A stretch of 64,000 nucleotides of DNA from Octopus vulgaris (taxonomy: Eukaryota): the NCBI GenBank assembly GCA_951406725.2, contig OX597832.1:14570001-14634000 (forward strand), given 5' to 3'. This document shows, piece after piece, positions 24,744-38,261 of the stretch. The position numbers were made by a program, and so were the translations under genes. The notes below the pieces were generated by a model. It was given only the letters and a program-made list of their open reading frames with translations. It was not told where the DNA came from and did not search any database. Within the stretch, counting starts at the first letter, position 1. Each line of letters opens with the position of its first letter.

Positions 24744-27700
24744 TACGACGGGCTTCTTTCAGTTTCCGTCTACCAAATCCACTCACAAAGGCTTTGGTCG
24801 GCCCGAGGCTATAGTAGAAGACACTTGCCCAAGTTGCCACGAGTGGGATTGAACCTGGAACGAGGTGGTTGGTAAGCAAGCTACTTACAACACAGCCACT
24901 CCTTGATACATTTTGCGGTAATTTGTGAAGTTATTCTGTGTGTATTTGCGTGTATACGTGTTCGCTGTTGTTGGTATCCGTGCCCTTTAATCAGATTTAA
25001 TTATTTGTTACTTATCTTTATTTCTTATAGTTATTATATGTATGTGGCATTTATTTCTCTATCTCTATTTCTTATATATATCACAGTCACGTGTAAATAT
25101 GTATGTTTGTATATGTGTATTATTTATTACGATTATTATATTTTCCTCTCTCTTCTCCTCCTTTCTGTCTGTAGTCATGTGTTATGTTGATGTGTGTAAT
25201 CGATTAATATATGTCTTCTATTCAGGCTATGTCTGCCAACTGCTATGTGTGTAACCTCTGTGATCTTTATAAGTGTCGTCTCAGTTCTATGCATCGACAA
25301 TATTGTAACCTCTATGCTACTAATCGAGCATCCATCTTCTGCCTGAGCATGTTGGTAGAGCACTGACAAGTCTTTCTGTTCTTTCAGGTGTCACCATTGT
25401 CATCTATACGCTCTCCTATGCTGCGTGTAGTCTCTCCAACGTAGGTAGTTGTCATGTTTCTACGCCATCCCTCAGTACATCGTATGCTATACACTACATT
25501 CCTCAGCTTACAGTTAACATGTGTGTTCATTCTACATGCAACACATTTGTTCTCCGTACATAGGGACTTATCAAAGTAATAGGTTCAACAGATCAGGGAT
25601 TTTATAGAGGCACCAAGCCTTTCTACTACTTTAATCCGTAGATTAGGGTTACTTATGATCGGTTAGTTTGCCGCCAGGGGTAGCGTCAATGAACATAACT
25701 TCTTAATGTAATACTTAATGTTGGCCTTATCTATCTTATTTCTAATCCTTCCTGTGCTGTTCCAGGATTTACTCTTGTGCAGCGGGCAGATCCCCTTAGC
25801 ATCACTCTCTATGATGGCCTTCTGCTTAGTCCCGACTCTTTTGTACACTCACATCCTGTCCATTTTACTGTAGCAAAGGAACTGCATGCGGTGGATGAAA
25901 TGTTGTATGTGCCTTTCTAATTACACAGGGTCACAAACGCGTGACACGTTCCTCATCACTCTTACATTCCTCAAGTCAGTTATAAGAATGTTGAACCTGT
26001 TGTCCGCAATAGCCGTGTTCTTGTGAAAATAATTCACTTAGAAGCCATGGCTTTGGCATAATAAGTTTGAAGAATCTGGACCTTACCAGTCTTCGTTTCT
26101 AGCCAGAGTTCTATGTTTAAATGGTGTAACCTATAGTTTGGGTGCTTACTATGGTAGTCTGTCACTATTTCAATACTCGGGTGGATGGAGTTAGCTATTT
26201 GCTGGATGCTTTCAATAGTGTTAGCTTCTAAATCATCAACGTTGTTTGTAGGGGTGCTTTAGCTACTATGTTGGTATCATCCACAAAGCGGGCATACATG
26301 GTTAAGCTAATGGAGTTCTCTGTTAATTTTTCTTTAAGTCTCTTATCCCACCATTCTACAAATAGCTTAGCCATATCGCAAGCGGTACTGATAAATATGG
26401 TGTCACCTTGTTCTTGAGCGCATGTCTAATCATTAAACTTAAATATATGGCACTTGAGTGTGATCTTGGTACTCGTACCCACTACATGAGCGACCTTCAT
26501 TTTAACCTGGACATTGCTTTTCGGGGGTCCGTATAGCTCTGGTTGTCCCGTTTTGTCTCTCCTTAGGGGTCTTCTTGGCCATACAAGTTATGGTAGGAGG
26601 TCTGCTTTTATCGATCTACTGGAGCAGAAACAACTAAGGTCATGTTTATCTAAGTCATCATTGTCGCATGTCAGTCTCAGGAGGAAGCCTAGTTCTTCTG
26701 TGTCAACACCACGAAATCCTTCACCGCCCTCGCTGATCACCCCCCCCCCCCACACATTTCTGCACGGAAACATCATCATCAATGGATGGGTATAGGGGTA
26801 CTCCAGTTATACTGCTGATTATGCATCCAGTTACGTCGCAGACACGGTTGAACTCATTGACTGTGATGAGTAGGTCCTCTGTGCTGTCACACACATCTGG
26901 GGACATTTTTAGCAAAGGGTGTATGATCACAGAAAGGAAGTAGGTAGCAGTGATTGTGGTGGTGGTGGAGGCATGGTAGTTGTGATGGTGATGTAGTGGT
27001 AGTGGTGGTGATGTTTCTATGTGTATTGCTGTCAGTAATATTTGTATTTGTTTGCATATTTCCATAGTTTTTTCCGTTATTGTGGTATATGTTCGCCGTC
27101 TCATTGCCGCTATTCTTATTCTCATAGTTGTTGCTGCTACCAGCCCCACCATTAACCTTGTGGCTATTATCTCCCATTCTGATGACCCAGCATTCGTTTT
27201 CATTATTTCCACTGTTACCACCATGTGTATTCTGACCCCTACGTTTGACGTGCTTCTTCCTCACTATCTCTAAGTGTTTGTCTCCTTTGTAGTGCCATCG
27301 TTATTCTTATTGTTGTTATGTCCATTTGATATTGTTGTTGTATCCCATTTATAAGTCGCCATTCTATGTAGGATGAACTCACGGGTTAACTGTAAGATTA
27401 AGAATATAATATATAGTTTCCGATGTACTGAGGGATGGTGAAGAAACTTGACAGCTAACTACATTGGAAAGACCGCATGCAGCATAGGCATAGAAGAGCG
27501 TATACGTGAAAATGGCGGCACCTCAAAGGAACAGAAAGACTTATCAATGCTCTACCAACATGCTCAGGCAGAATATAGAGGCTGGATTAATAGCATAGGA
27601 GTTAAAGTATTATCGATACATAACATTGATATGACACATACAGATCACAGAGGCTACACACATTGCAGTAGACAAGCCGAGACACAATAGAAAACAGGAA

Positions 27701-28415
27701 TGGAACAATAACACCCACCAACACACCATACCAGGTGACTAAAGACAGAACGCAGGAGAACATAGAGGAAAAATATAATAATAATACATAATGCATAGAG
27801 TAATATACACCGAATAAATATATATACACAGATTTCTGGTGTATATAAGAAGTAGACATAGGGAAAAATAAAAAAAAATATATTGTGTCACATATCTGTG
27901 ATAATTATAAGAACAAGATAGATGAGAAATAGATAAATAAATCTGTATAAAGGTCATTGATGCAAGCAAAATAAGAAGCGAGCCCATATACACTCATAAA
28001 CACACACAAAATAACTTCCCAAACGGCTGCAGAGGTATCAAAAACACAACTAACAACGACAATGGCGGCGGTGACTGCGATGGCAAAAACAACAAGTAAC
28101 ACGATGGAAACACCGTGGGCGAACACACAAACACAGTGAGACAGAAGAACTCTACCAAATGTTCTGGTCCTTGGACAGCACCAGTGACAACGTGGGAAGA
28201 GGATGGGGCTTAGAGGGAAGTCTTACAGCTGCTAACGACTATGACACGCACACAAACATTCACTCACAGATGCATATACACATCATTGAGGAGCAAAATG
28301 GAGTAAGTGGAGCAAGAAGACACGTGAAGACAAAAAAGTGTTGCTGAAGCGGTCACAGATGAGTGACGAAAGACTTCTGAACAATGGACGTGAGTTAGAA
28401 TAAGAACAATAATTT
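24010..28415 (-). mobile_element. Decayed Penelope-like element (RT + GIY-YIG) with inverted pLTR arrangement
   Basis: Minus strand: STEDLL..., LYPSI (RT motif A region, ~26780), KCHIFKFND...QG...FVEWWD...YARFVDDT (~26274-26460) and YVGETTRSIGER (GIY-YIG, 25408-25443). 27366-28415 is a diverged inverted copy of ~24010-25538 (NIIYSFRCTEG...NYIGKT). Confidence 0.88.
24447..24903 (-). mobile_element. OK-like SINE with internal (TA)n(TG)n, inserted in the left PLE arm
   Basis: Reverse complement of the 42166 copy, with GTAAAAGA tail repeats. Absent from the homologous position of the right arm (~28040). Confidence 0.93.
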
Positions 28416-28540
28416 GCACGTGAAGAACAAATATAGTGTGCCTGTGTTTATTTTGCAAAGAAAAAATGACCATTCCGAAATACAACAATATATGTTCCAA
28501 CAAACGATTGTATATCAGCCGTGCACCATTTATATATACA

Positions 28541-28872
28541 CATGGCTCAGTGGTTAGAGCGTCGAGCTCACGATCGTGAGGTTATAAGTTCGAATCCCGG
28601 ACCGGGCTGGGTGTTGTTTTCTTGAGCAAGTCAGTTTATTTCCCGTTGTTCCAGTTCACTCAGATGTAGAAATGAGATGCGACGTCACTGGTGCCTATCT
28701 GTATCGGCCCCTTTGCTTTTTCCCTTGGATAACACTGGTGGCGTGGAGAGGGGAGGCTGGTATGCATGGGCGACTACTGGTCTTCCATAAACAACATCGT
28801 CCGGACTTGTGTCTAGGAGGGTAACTTTCTAGGTGCAATCCCATGGTCTGTGTCGTGACCGAAGGGGGTCTT
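28541..28872 (+). mobile_element. CORE-like tRNA SINE (same family as 3585)
   Basis: TGGCTCAGTGG and AGTTCGAATCC boxes; body colinear with 3585-3920. Confidence 0.9.
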
Positions 28873-28899
28873 CGAATAATATATATGTCTCTCTCCCTC

Positions 28900-28957
<58 letters not shown>

Positions 28958-30451
28958 GATAGATAAAGCGATAGATAAATAGGTAGATATATATATACAT
29001 ACATAGGCACGTGCGCCTCTGTGTGTGTGTGTAAACAGAAAAAATGTACCACATTTTATGTGCCTCACTTTAATGGTTTAGAACGTTACATGGTTTATGA
29101 AGACTAACCACGTATTAACTGCTTTAACTCATTTCCAGAAATTTACAATGCAGTTGTACAAATTTACACCAGCGTGGTCGCTTCCCATATGTAAGTATAT
29201 ACGTAAGCGAGTTGCTGCGCGTGTGCACACACACACATACACAAAATTTCGTATCTACGCGCACACACAAATGTATGGATATATGTGTTCCATTTCTCTT
29301 TTCTAATGTGTATATATTGATTTTGTATTTGTTGCATAGTTGATTTTTTTTTCTTATAGAGACAGGGGAAGAAAATATTTACATCCACAAATCGAACATA
29401 ACTCACTAATATGCTAGCGTTGCAGTGTAACATGTGCACAATAAAAGCTTTACTAATTCTTTTCCTTAAAGATTCTATTGAAATATACTGTATAGTAATT
29501 CTTTTTATTACCATCAATCCTACCTTAAATATCTCGCACATCCTCCATTCTGATCCCACAAAGAAGAAAAAGTCTATAGTTAGCCGTGACATTCTGAAAG
29601 AAAATACGAATTTTCCATAAAATTTCATTTGATGTCACAGTTTATTTTCCTTTGGTCTTACCACATGAATGTAGTTCATAACTACAAAGAGGAAAATATC
29701 ATCACTTTTAATGGGCAGCTAGCAAAATTCTGCAACGATAATACTTTTATAATGAGCGTTGTTTTCACAAATATCTATACGCAATTTAACGCAAATGTAT
29801 GAAGATACTTCAATATTTACTGCAAGATCTTAACACGTAAGGACATCAAAGTAAGTATATTGCCGTTGGAATCACGCTCGTTTCATATCCTATGCTTTAT
29901 AGCATTCGAGGATGCTTTTGAATGTTAATAATTCCATATCGTATAACTGAAATCATGAATGACAATAGTGCGAGGCTTTCTGACAAAACAAAAGCTCAAT
30001 TTGCCACGGACCACATATTTGCAGTGCATTGAATGGATAGCTAATTTATTGATAATACCTTCTGAAATAAAATGTGGTTATTTGTACAGGTAAACTGTTG
30101 ATAGGAAACTCCATTTTTGACCATTACTGGCAAAGGGTATTCGAACGATATTGACAGTCATTGGCAACCGATAAATGTGATACACATGAAAATAGTTTTG
30201 CTTTTCCATCTACAAGAAATCGATCAAAGCAGTTATCATATCTCATAACATATAGTCATAACAATATAAGCGTCAAACTGTCTTACACACACAAAAATAC
30301 AAACCTTCATAACGAAACATATAATATCTAGTATTATAGAACCAAGGGTAATTATTTCTGTAACTACAACTTTCCAAGCGACTTCATTTTTACTATGCTA
30401 AAACGACATAACAATTGCTTAGCATCTGATAAAATGCGTTACATTATACGA

Positions 30452-30507
<56 letters not shown>

Positions 30508-30726
30508 GAATATGCAATTTAATATATGAAATTATTCCTAATGCATGATGCACAGAATATTTTGAAATGTATGATATACAGTGATAATAATCTAGATGGG
30601 TCTATGTGGTTCTTTGAGTGTTTTCTCATCACACATTTTTTGAAAATGGAATCAAATAATGAATTTGATTTAACGCTTATGGTATGTACCAAGCTCTCGC
30701 GATTCACACTGCTTATGTATAATATA

Positions 30727-31987
30727 TATTCCATCAACCCATAAATAATGCGGTTTTTCAATTGCATAAACGAAAATTCGGAGTGCGACGGGATAGACAA
30801 CCGGCATCAACAGGTAGTAATTTTACCTTGGACTTATTCATAGTGCAAAATTGAAGAGTGCAGGCTAATTTTAACATTTCCTCTCCCAAAGCTACAATGG
30901 AAGAGACAAAGGAGCATATTCGGCATATTTTGCCTTGTGAGTTCAATAAAGGCAACACCGCAAAGGAAAGTTAGAAGAATATTAATGCAGAATAATTGAG
31001 ATGAGACAATAAGCGTAGGCCAGTGGGAAGCGTGGTTGCAGAAATTCTGAGCCGGAAACTACAGCCTAGAAAACAAGCCTCGTCCAAGAAGATCTATTGA
31101 GCTCGACGAGGAAACCCTGTACATCCCATAGTAACTGTAGGGGATGTAGCAGGGAGGTTTCAATTTTGTCATTCAAACATTCATCGACACATGCGTGCCA
31201 TCGGAGTACTTAGTAAATTGGGTCTATGGGTTCCTTAAAAACATTCTGAGTGTGATCGCGTGCGGAGAGTCAATGTGTGCAGTCCTTTGCTGTCACGTCT
31301 CGATAATGACCCCTTTTTCAATTAATGACTGGTGACGAGAAATGGGTTCTCTATAAAAATGTGAAGCGCCAAAGACAGTGGGTAGGGAAAGGAAAATCAC
31401 CGGCAACCCAGACTATAGAAGGACTTCACCCACGTTAGGTGTTGTTAATTGTTTTGTGGGATATGAAAATTTAGTCCACATTAAAATTTTCATCCTAAAT
31501 CAAACAATAAGAAACGAGATCTACTGCAAGCAAATGCAGCGGCATAAGTCAGTGCTACAAGAAAAATGACCCTCTTTGTTTTTTAAGAAGAAAGGAGTTC
31601 TTCCACCAGAATAATGCTCGGCTACACTCATCGAGAATGACTTTTTAAAGGCTGGAGCAGTTTGAACCGAAAACAATACCCCACCCACCATATATCCGCT
31701 GGACATTGACCTACCTGATTCTCATTTACTCCGCATTCTTCAGAATCAGTTGGACGCAAAATATATGAATTCTGTAGACGAAGGGAGACCAGTAATGAAG
31801 GAGTAGTTTTCGTTACTGACAAGTGAATTTTGGGAGCGGTGCCTTGCATGTCTACAAGCAGGATGGAAGAGCATTTCAGAAATGAAGGAGAGTATATTGT
31901 AAATCAAAAAAAAAAACTTTGCTTATCTTAATTTTAAAAAGTAAAAAGAAATATAAAAATCGCATTATTTATGGGAGGACCAAATAA
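30727..31987 (+). mobile_element. Full-length decayed mariner transposon
   Basis: TIR core CCCATAAATAATGCGGTTTT / AAAATCGCATTATTTATGGG. Motifs MEETKEHIRHIL (30897), WVP, MTGDEKWVLY, FHQNNARLH and an HPPY-like motif; multiple stops. Confidence 0.92.
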
Positions 31988-32350
31988 ATATATCTACATC
32001 CCCGATGCATTCAGGATTGAAACTGGCGTTGGCCTTAAATTAAAACGATTTCTCCTCTTTTTTTTCAACATTTTTGTATTCCATCTAAATTTATGTATTT
32101 TGTAACTACTTTACTAACTATATGCGTATGCATAAGTGTTCATCAAAGTATTTTCATTTCTCTCTGTATACGGTCCTATATATTTTTAATGCATACGTGT
32201 ATATTTGTATAACCTATAAATAAAGACCAATGTGTATATTCATCACTGTTTCTATATCAGCTCACCTGGATTTCTTTTATAGCCAATCTTTACCCCGCGG
32301 ATTCAGTCCTCGATATAACTTCGGACTGAGTGTTTAAATCATTTGATCAC

Positions 32351-32361
32351 TGCTGCTGCTG

Positions 32362-32407
<46 letters not shown>

Positions 32408-32408
32408 A

Positions 32409-32458
<50 letters not shown>

Positions 32459-32494
32459 CACTACTACTACCACTACTACTACTACCACCACCAT

Positions 32495-32536
<42 letters not shown>

Positions 32537-32714
32537 CAACAACAACAACAACACCAACAACACCAACACTACCACCAGCACCACTACCACCACCACTACT
32601 AATATTACTACTACTAATCCTACTACTACTACTACCACCACCAACAACAACAACAATAACAATACTACCACCAGCACCACTACCACCACCACCACTACTA
32701 CTACTACTACTACT
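32351..32714. repeat. (ACT)n/(ACC)n/(AAC)n trinucleotide repeat
   Basis: Seen directly; it explains the poly-T, poly-V and poly-Y ORFs. Confidence 0.97.
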
Positions 32715-32759
32715 TATTTTCTATACTGTGCATCTTTAGATCTCATATGTTGACTCTAT

Positions 32760-32935
32760 ATCCTCTCCGAACTCTCAGGTCCACAGATGGAACTGCGAAT
32801 GGATCGCTATCTCCAGTGACCTAGCACAGGACCGTCGAGCGTAGGCCGCCATGGTTCGTGATGCCGTCAGGACCAGAAAAGAATCCGGATCAACCCGCCC
32901 TGGGTGAACGCCGTCACAAGTAAGCAAGTAAGTAG
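32760..32935 (+). mobile_element. 3' end of an RTE-clade LINE
   Basis: DLAQDRRA*AAMVRDAV...GSTRPG*TPSQV resembles an RTE C-terminus; (GTAA)n-like tail. Confidence 0.7.
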
Positions 32936-32998
32936 TCTATATCCTCTACTCGACGGAGCGCTGTCTATATATCACACTGATAAATATTTGTGCACATT

Positions 32999-33169
32999 GG
33001 CGTAGGAGTGGCTGTGTGATAAGTATCTTGCTCACGAACCACATGGTTCCGGGTTTAGTCTCACTGTGTGACACCTTGGGCAAGTGTCTTCTACTATAGA
33101 CCCGGGCCGACCAAATCCTTGTTAGTAGATTTGGTAGACGGAAAATAAAAGAAGCCCGGCGTATACATG

Positions 33170-33234
<65 letters not shown>

Positions 33235-33238
33235 GTGC
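32999..33238 (+). mobile_element. OK-like SINE, 3'-truncated at its internal microsatellite
   Basis: GGCGTAGGAGTGGCTGTGTG...GAAGCCCGGCGTATA matches the 42166 copy. Confidence 0.9.
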
Positions 33239-33465
33239 TCATGCAAAGCTCTCCATACAGTCTTCAAAATATTTTACCATATATTCTCCTTTCATAATCA
33301 TACAAAAAGTAAATTATTTGTTTGATGATACTCTCTAATCAATTGAAAACCTATCTTACACGTTCCACAAACCCATAAAATCAGACTACACTATATCAAC
33401 TTACAATCCAATAACGCTGGACTTACCCTTAGTAGCCTCAACACCGGTGTCTTTATTAGAATCGC

Positions 33466-33855
33466 ATTTTCTAATTTTTAACAAGCGAAAACGTTTTAAA
33501 TCACAACCAAAATCTAGAAATCAGTGGCTTTCGGGAGAATATCTCCTTCATCTCCAAGTTTAGTAAGAAATCTTCTTAACAACACGGCAATATCTGCCTT
33601 TGTAGCAGTATATATTTTGTGAATACATTTCTGCATACAAAGCGTTTTTATGAAAATTACTGTCACGAATTTCTTTCAGCAAAGGCATTGTAAACAGCGA
33701 TTTAGGAAACCTAAGTAAATTCTCTTTCTTTAATAATAAGATATATAGATATGGACATTAAAATATTATTTGAGTATTTGTTATGTTTATCACAAAATTT
33801 TGTTAAAACTAAAAATATCATATGAATATATAAAACAATTCATTGAAGAATCTTA
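33466..33855 (+). repeat. ~390-bp direct repeat, copy 1
   Basis: Colinear and highly similar to 35364-35771. Confidence 0.93.
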
Positions 33856-34036
33856 GAACGTGAACATTAAAGGTACTCGAAAAGATATAAGAATATATAG
33901 AGGTGTGTGTGTGGTGTGTGAGTACGAGAATATGTGGGTGTGTCTCTCTGTGTGTTATATATGTATGTGAGTAGGTAAATATATATATATATATATATAT
34001 ATAAGTATCTATCTATCTATCTGTATACACACACAC

Positions 34037-34090
<54 letters not shown>

Positions 34091-34456
34091 TAATATCTAT
34101 GTCTATATGTATTTGTGCATGCGTGGGTGCGAGTGTACGCTGTTTTAGGAAACCTCAATCAATAAATGTTTATTGAACATTCGAGATATTCATTAATGAA
34201 AAACATTTCTTTCAAGACAATTACATCGCATTATTTTAATTTTTTTAATAATACATCTGAAGATGTTACCTTCAGTCTAATAGTCTAGATAGTATATAGT
34301 TTGTCTATTACTACATCACTTGAAAAAGCTTTTACACTTTGTATTGAAATGGTTATTATATACACTGTTAATATATATGTAATTTCGTACAAACACAATT
34401 ATACTTTGTTTCAGTCATTATCCACACACACACCAACGCACACACATGTCTGCGTG

Positions 34457-34460
<4 letters not shown>

Positions 34461-34537
<77 letters not shown>

Positions 34538-34626
34538 ACAGACAGACAGATAGATAGATAGACAGATAGATAGGTAGATAGATAGATAGATAGGTAGGTA
34601 GGTAGGTAGGTAGGTAGGTAGGTAGG

Positions 34627-34713
<87 letters not shown>

Positions 34714-34789
34714 GCAGATAGATTGATAGATAGATAAATAAATAGGTAGATAAATAGATAGATAGACAGATAGATTGATAGAAAGATAA

Positions 34790-34863
<74 letters not shown>

Positions 34864-34875
34864 TGATAGATAGAT
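34461..34875. repeat. (TA)n + (GATA)n/(GGTA)n microsatellite
   Basis: Seen directly in the sequence. Confidence 0.97.
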
Positions 34876-34914
34876 ATATAATTATCCGTGACTGTACGTG
34901 CACCATTAATCACA

Positions 34915-35200
34915 AATTGAATTTGGACGCATACATCACACGCTCTCACAAGCATATATCCAACTTCTTGGTTGAGATTTGGTAACAGGAGGTAAAGCAA
35001 ATACGACGTATGTAACTATCATTGCGCCCACGTCTCCTTCGTGGCTGATATCTCTGCACCAAACCTTTCCCGATATGGTGGTTTATGGTCTTTATCGGTC
35101 AGGATCTGTGACAATGAGATTATACATGCCAACCTCATTTAACTTGTCCCAGACATTTGTATCACAAAAGAATATGTTTTTGTTTCTTGATAGTTTCGTT
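34915..35200 (-). mobile_element. Possible Gypsy/Ginger integrase zinc-finger (H2C2) remnant
   Basis: YLLLPNLNQEVGYMLVRACDVC resembles the integrase motif yWPxmxxdVxxxVrxCxxC. Confidence 0.4.
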
Positions 35201-35363
35201 TATAGGGGTCTCTTTTTGAGCTTATCTATAGTTGAATCACGAAGTATTTAATAACATGTCATCACCATAATGATTATTATGTAACAGTTGATTGTTGATT
35301 CCTCTATCACCAATTATCTTTTACTAGAGAGAGTGTTGTAATTATATTTTGGCACCACCTTAA

Positions 35364-35771
35364 ATTTTCTCATTTTAACAAGCGAAAACATTATTAATCC
35401 TCACGCCCCATATCATAACCAAGATCTAGGTACCAGTGGTTTTCGGGAGAATATCTCCTACATCTCAAAGTTTAAGAAGAAAGCTTCTTAACAACACGGC
35501 ATATCTGCCTTTGTGGCAGTATAAATTTTGTGAATACATTTCTCCATACAATGCGATTTTATGAAAAATACTGTAACGAATTTCTTTCAGGGAAGGCATT
35601 GCATTGTAAACAGCGTTTTAGGAAACCTAAGTAAATTCTCTTTCTTTAGTAATAAGATATATAGATATGGGCATTAAAATATTATTTGAGTAATTGTTAT
35701 GTTTATAACAACATTTTGTTAACACTAAACATATCATATGGATACATAAAACAATTCATTGAAGAATCTTA
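35364..35771 (+). repeat. ~400-bp direct repeat, copy 2
   Basis: Matches 33466-33855 with small insertions (CCTCACGCCCCA; a GCATT duplication). Confidence 0.93.
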
Positions 35772-36086
35772 CAATTTTAACAAATTGACCTTAGTAGTAA
35801 TTCCTTAAGGCCTGATATGCTTTCTTTTGAACTACTGTGCTGAGCCCTAAACTTGGGAATGTAAATGAAGTAAGAACTAGTTGTTAGCTGTTCATGGGTG
35901 AAAAACAGACACATGTATAAATACACACACACAGAAATATATATTCACACATATATATTGAGTGTCCATAATTTACTTTTACAATGCCAAATGTTTAGAT
36001 AGTGAAACAACAACTCCGCAGTTTCATGCAACCAATGAAGCTACAATGCAAGCTTTCTCTTGATATATATATGTATATATATGTAT

Positions 36087-36200
36087 CGATACGTTAAACC
36101 CTCCTTCTTTCCTTCTTTCCTGAGCGTCCAATAAAACTATATTTGTTCCACGTCCTCGTGTTGTTGTGTTTTTTTTTTGTGCTTTCATGTTTGGATTAAC
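36087..36200 (+). mobile_element. Short (TA)n-adjacent repeat fragment (PLE pLTR-like 3' end)
   Basis: CGATACGTTAAA (cf. CGAAACGTTAAA at 56228), then a T-rich stretch running into (TA)n. Confidence 0.4.
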
Positions 36201-36234
<34 letters not shown>

Positions 36235-36325
36235 TCACGTGATCACGACGTGACAGACCAGACAATCAGAGGTTTCACACATCGCTGGTCACAATGCGTT
36301 CGCATTGTTTTAGCCTTCGAAGACG
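36235..36325 (-). mobile_element. 3'-tail fragment of the OR2-like SINE
   Basis: Matches 46450-46540 (CACGTGATCACG...ACACATCGCTGGTCACAATGC...AGCCTTC). Confidence 0.75.
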
Positions 36326-36418
36326 ACACAAAAAACACGGACGGGACATTCGAAGCCTTCAATCTTCAGTCAAGAACCGGATCATCTTCCCAATTTCGGT
36401 ATATACATAAGAACATAA

Positions 36419-36497
<79 letters not shown>

Positions 36498-36498
<1 letters not shown>

Positions 36499-36701
36499 TG
36501 TTTACACTTTTAATGGATGACATGTACTTTTTCCAACACATCCCAACTACTGTCCCGGAAGGTACTACGCCTGCAAATTTTGACGTCACTAGACTGTATA
36601 CCAACATGCCGATTACCTTAGGCCTGGAGGCAGTTAAACGCTTGGTGGAGAAACAGAGAAGATGTATAGTTGGACGTTTCAGAATACTAAATACTAAATA
36701 A
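36498..36701 (+). pseudogene. Penelope-like reverse transcriptase fragment
   Basis: NFDVTRLYTNMP...GLEAV matches the PLE RT motif A consensus FDVxxLYTNIP. Confidence 0.75.
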
Positions 36702-36704
36702 GGA

Positions 36705-37090
36705 TGATTGCGAAAAGAGCCGGCTGAGGATGCGTTCCTTAAACGGTTGTCTCGAGTAATGTTACATATTTCATACGTCGAAGATCAGGTATTTTGTGCA
36801 GAATGAAGCGATATTTCTCCGCATTGAGATTTCAGGCCTGGGGTAATGCAGCTATGTGATTAGAATACCGCAGGAAAGGTGTGTAAGATGTTACCTTCGA
36901 GCCAAGCCAACCGGCAGGACACCTGGGTTGTGGCCGAGAAACGTGATGGCTAGATAATATTCATTTTATCACTTGGTAACGTTTGGGAATTCAGTCGGGA
37001 AAACGTAATGAAGATTGCTTCGAATACCCAATGGAAGACCTGCCCCGATAAATATTTGAAGAAGAGTGAATAAAAAAATAAATGGATGTC
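36705..37090 (+). mobile_element. Probable 3' end of an RTE-like LINE
   Basis: Degenerate GRxxxxWLDNI-like motif (~36930-36962) and an AAATGGATG-type tail. Confidence 0.4.
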
Positions 37091-37674
37091 CTTTTATGAC
37101 ACCTTAAATTACACACGAGCAATAATGTATTTCTGTAAAACGTTAGCACAAAAAGATATAACATGTAATCTTATACACGGAAGGATTTAGTCATCATGAT
37201 TAATCAAAGCAAACGAGAATAATGGAGAATCAGAAGCACTGGGACATATAACCTGAAATATTTCAAGATCCGTTGGAGATGTTATGTTATGAAGTTACGC
37301 AAGTTCACAGACAACAATAAGTTTTCTTTACTTATTTTTTGACTGATTTGGTCACTTCATGTACTACCGTCGTTTAGAATAATAATAAAATAAATAACAA
37401 TAGGAAGACGAATTCCAAAATATTTCAAACAGGATATTAAAAGCATCAAAAATGATTGAATAATAAGACAGTACATGTATTGACAATAACAATTCATGTC
37501 TGGAAAGTCGATTAAACAATCTATAAATAGATACGGTAGACATTAAGCAAACTTTTGTTTCACATATATTCATACAAAAGTACAAGGGCAACAAATGACC
37601 GACAGCACACACTCAAGCGAACAGTCGCACATAGACACACATGCACACACGCACCCAATATATATGTAAATAAG

Positions 37675-37679
<5 letters not shown>

Positions 37680-37713
<34 letters not shown>

Positions 37714-37723
37714 GTAAACATGC

Positions 37724-37766
<43 letters not shown>

Positions 37767-37767
37767 C

Positions 37768-37798
<31 letters not shown>

Positions 37799-37913
37799 TT
37801 CATAAGTTTTTGAGATTTAGTTATATGTTTTATCAAAGTATATTTTATTTGATATTTATATTCTCGATTATGTCAATCACTGTTTGAGTTGCATAATAGT
37901 GATTTTATCTCTA

Positions 37914-37952
<39 letters not shown>

Positions 37953-37957
37953 TATAT

Positions 37958-38034
<77 letters not shown>

Positions 38035-38054
38035 AACATAAATATATTTATATA

Positions 38055-38106
<52 letters not shown>

Positions 38107-38217
38107 CATACATACATACATACATAAATACATACATACATACTTACATACATATACATGTATATATGTATGCGTGTGTATGTTCCTTCAGTTTCCGTCT
38201 ACCAAATCCACTCAGAA

Positions 38218-38258
<41 letters not shown>
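37680..38258. repeat. (TA)n/(CATA)n microsatellite cluster containing a ~35-bp OK-SINE fragment (38185-38220)
   Basis: Seen directly; TTCAGTTTCCGTCTACCAAATCCACTCA matches the OK-like SINE. Confidence 0.9.

Positions 38259-38259
<1 letters not shown>

Positions 38260-38261
<2 letters not shown>

Noticed and set aside
26721-27264. Long N/T/H-rich ORFs as a host gene
   Set aside because: They belong to the frameshifted 5' region of the Penelope-like ORF and run into STEDLL/LYPSI.
29524-29593. 70-nt minus-strand exon candidate (TTTCAG|...AAG|GTAGGA)
   Set aside because: The splice signals are plausible, but the peptide is unrecognisable, there are no partner exons and it is on the opposite strand to the other candidates.
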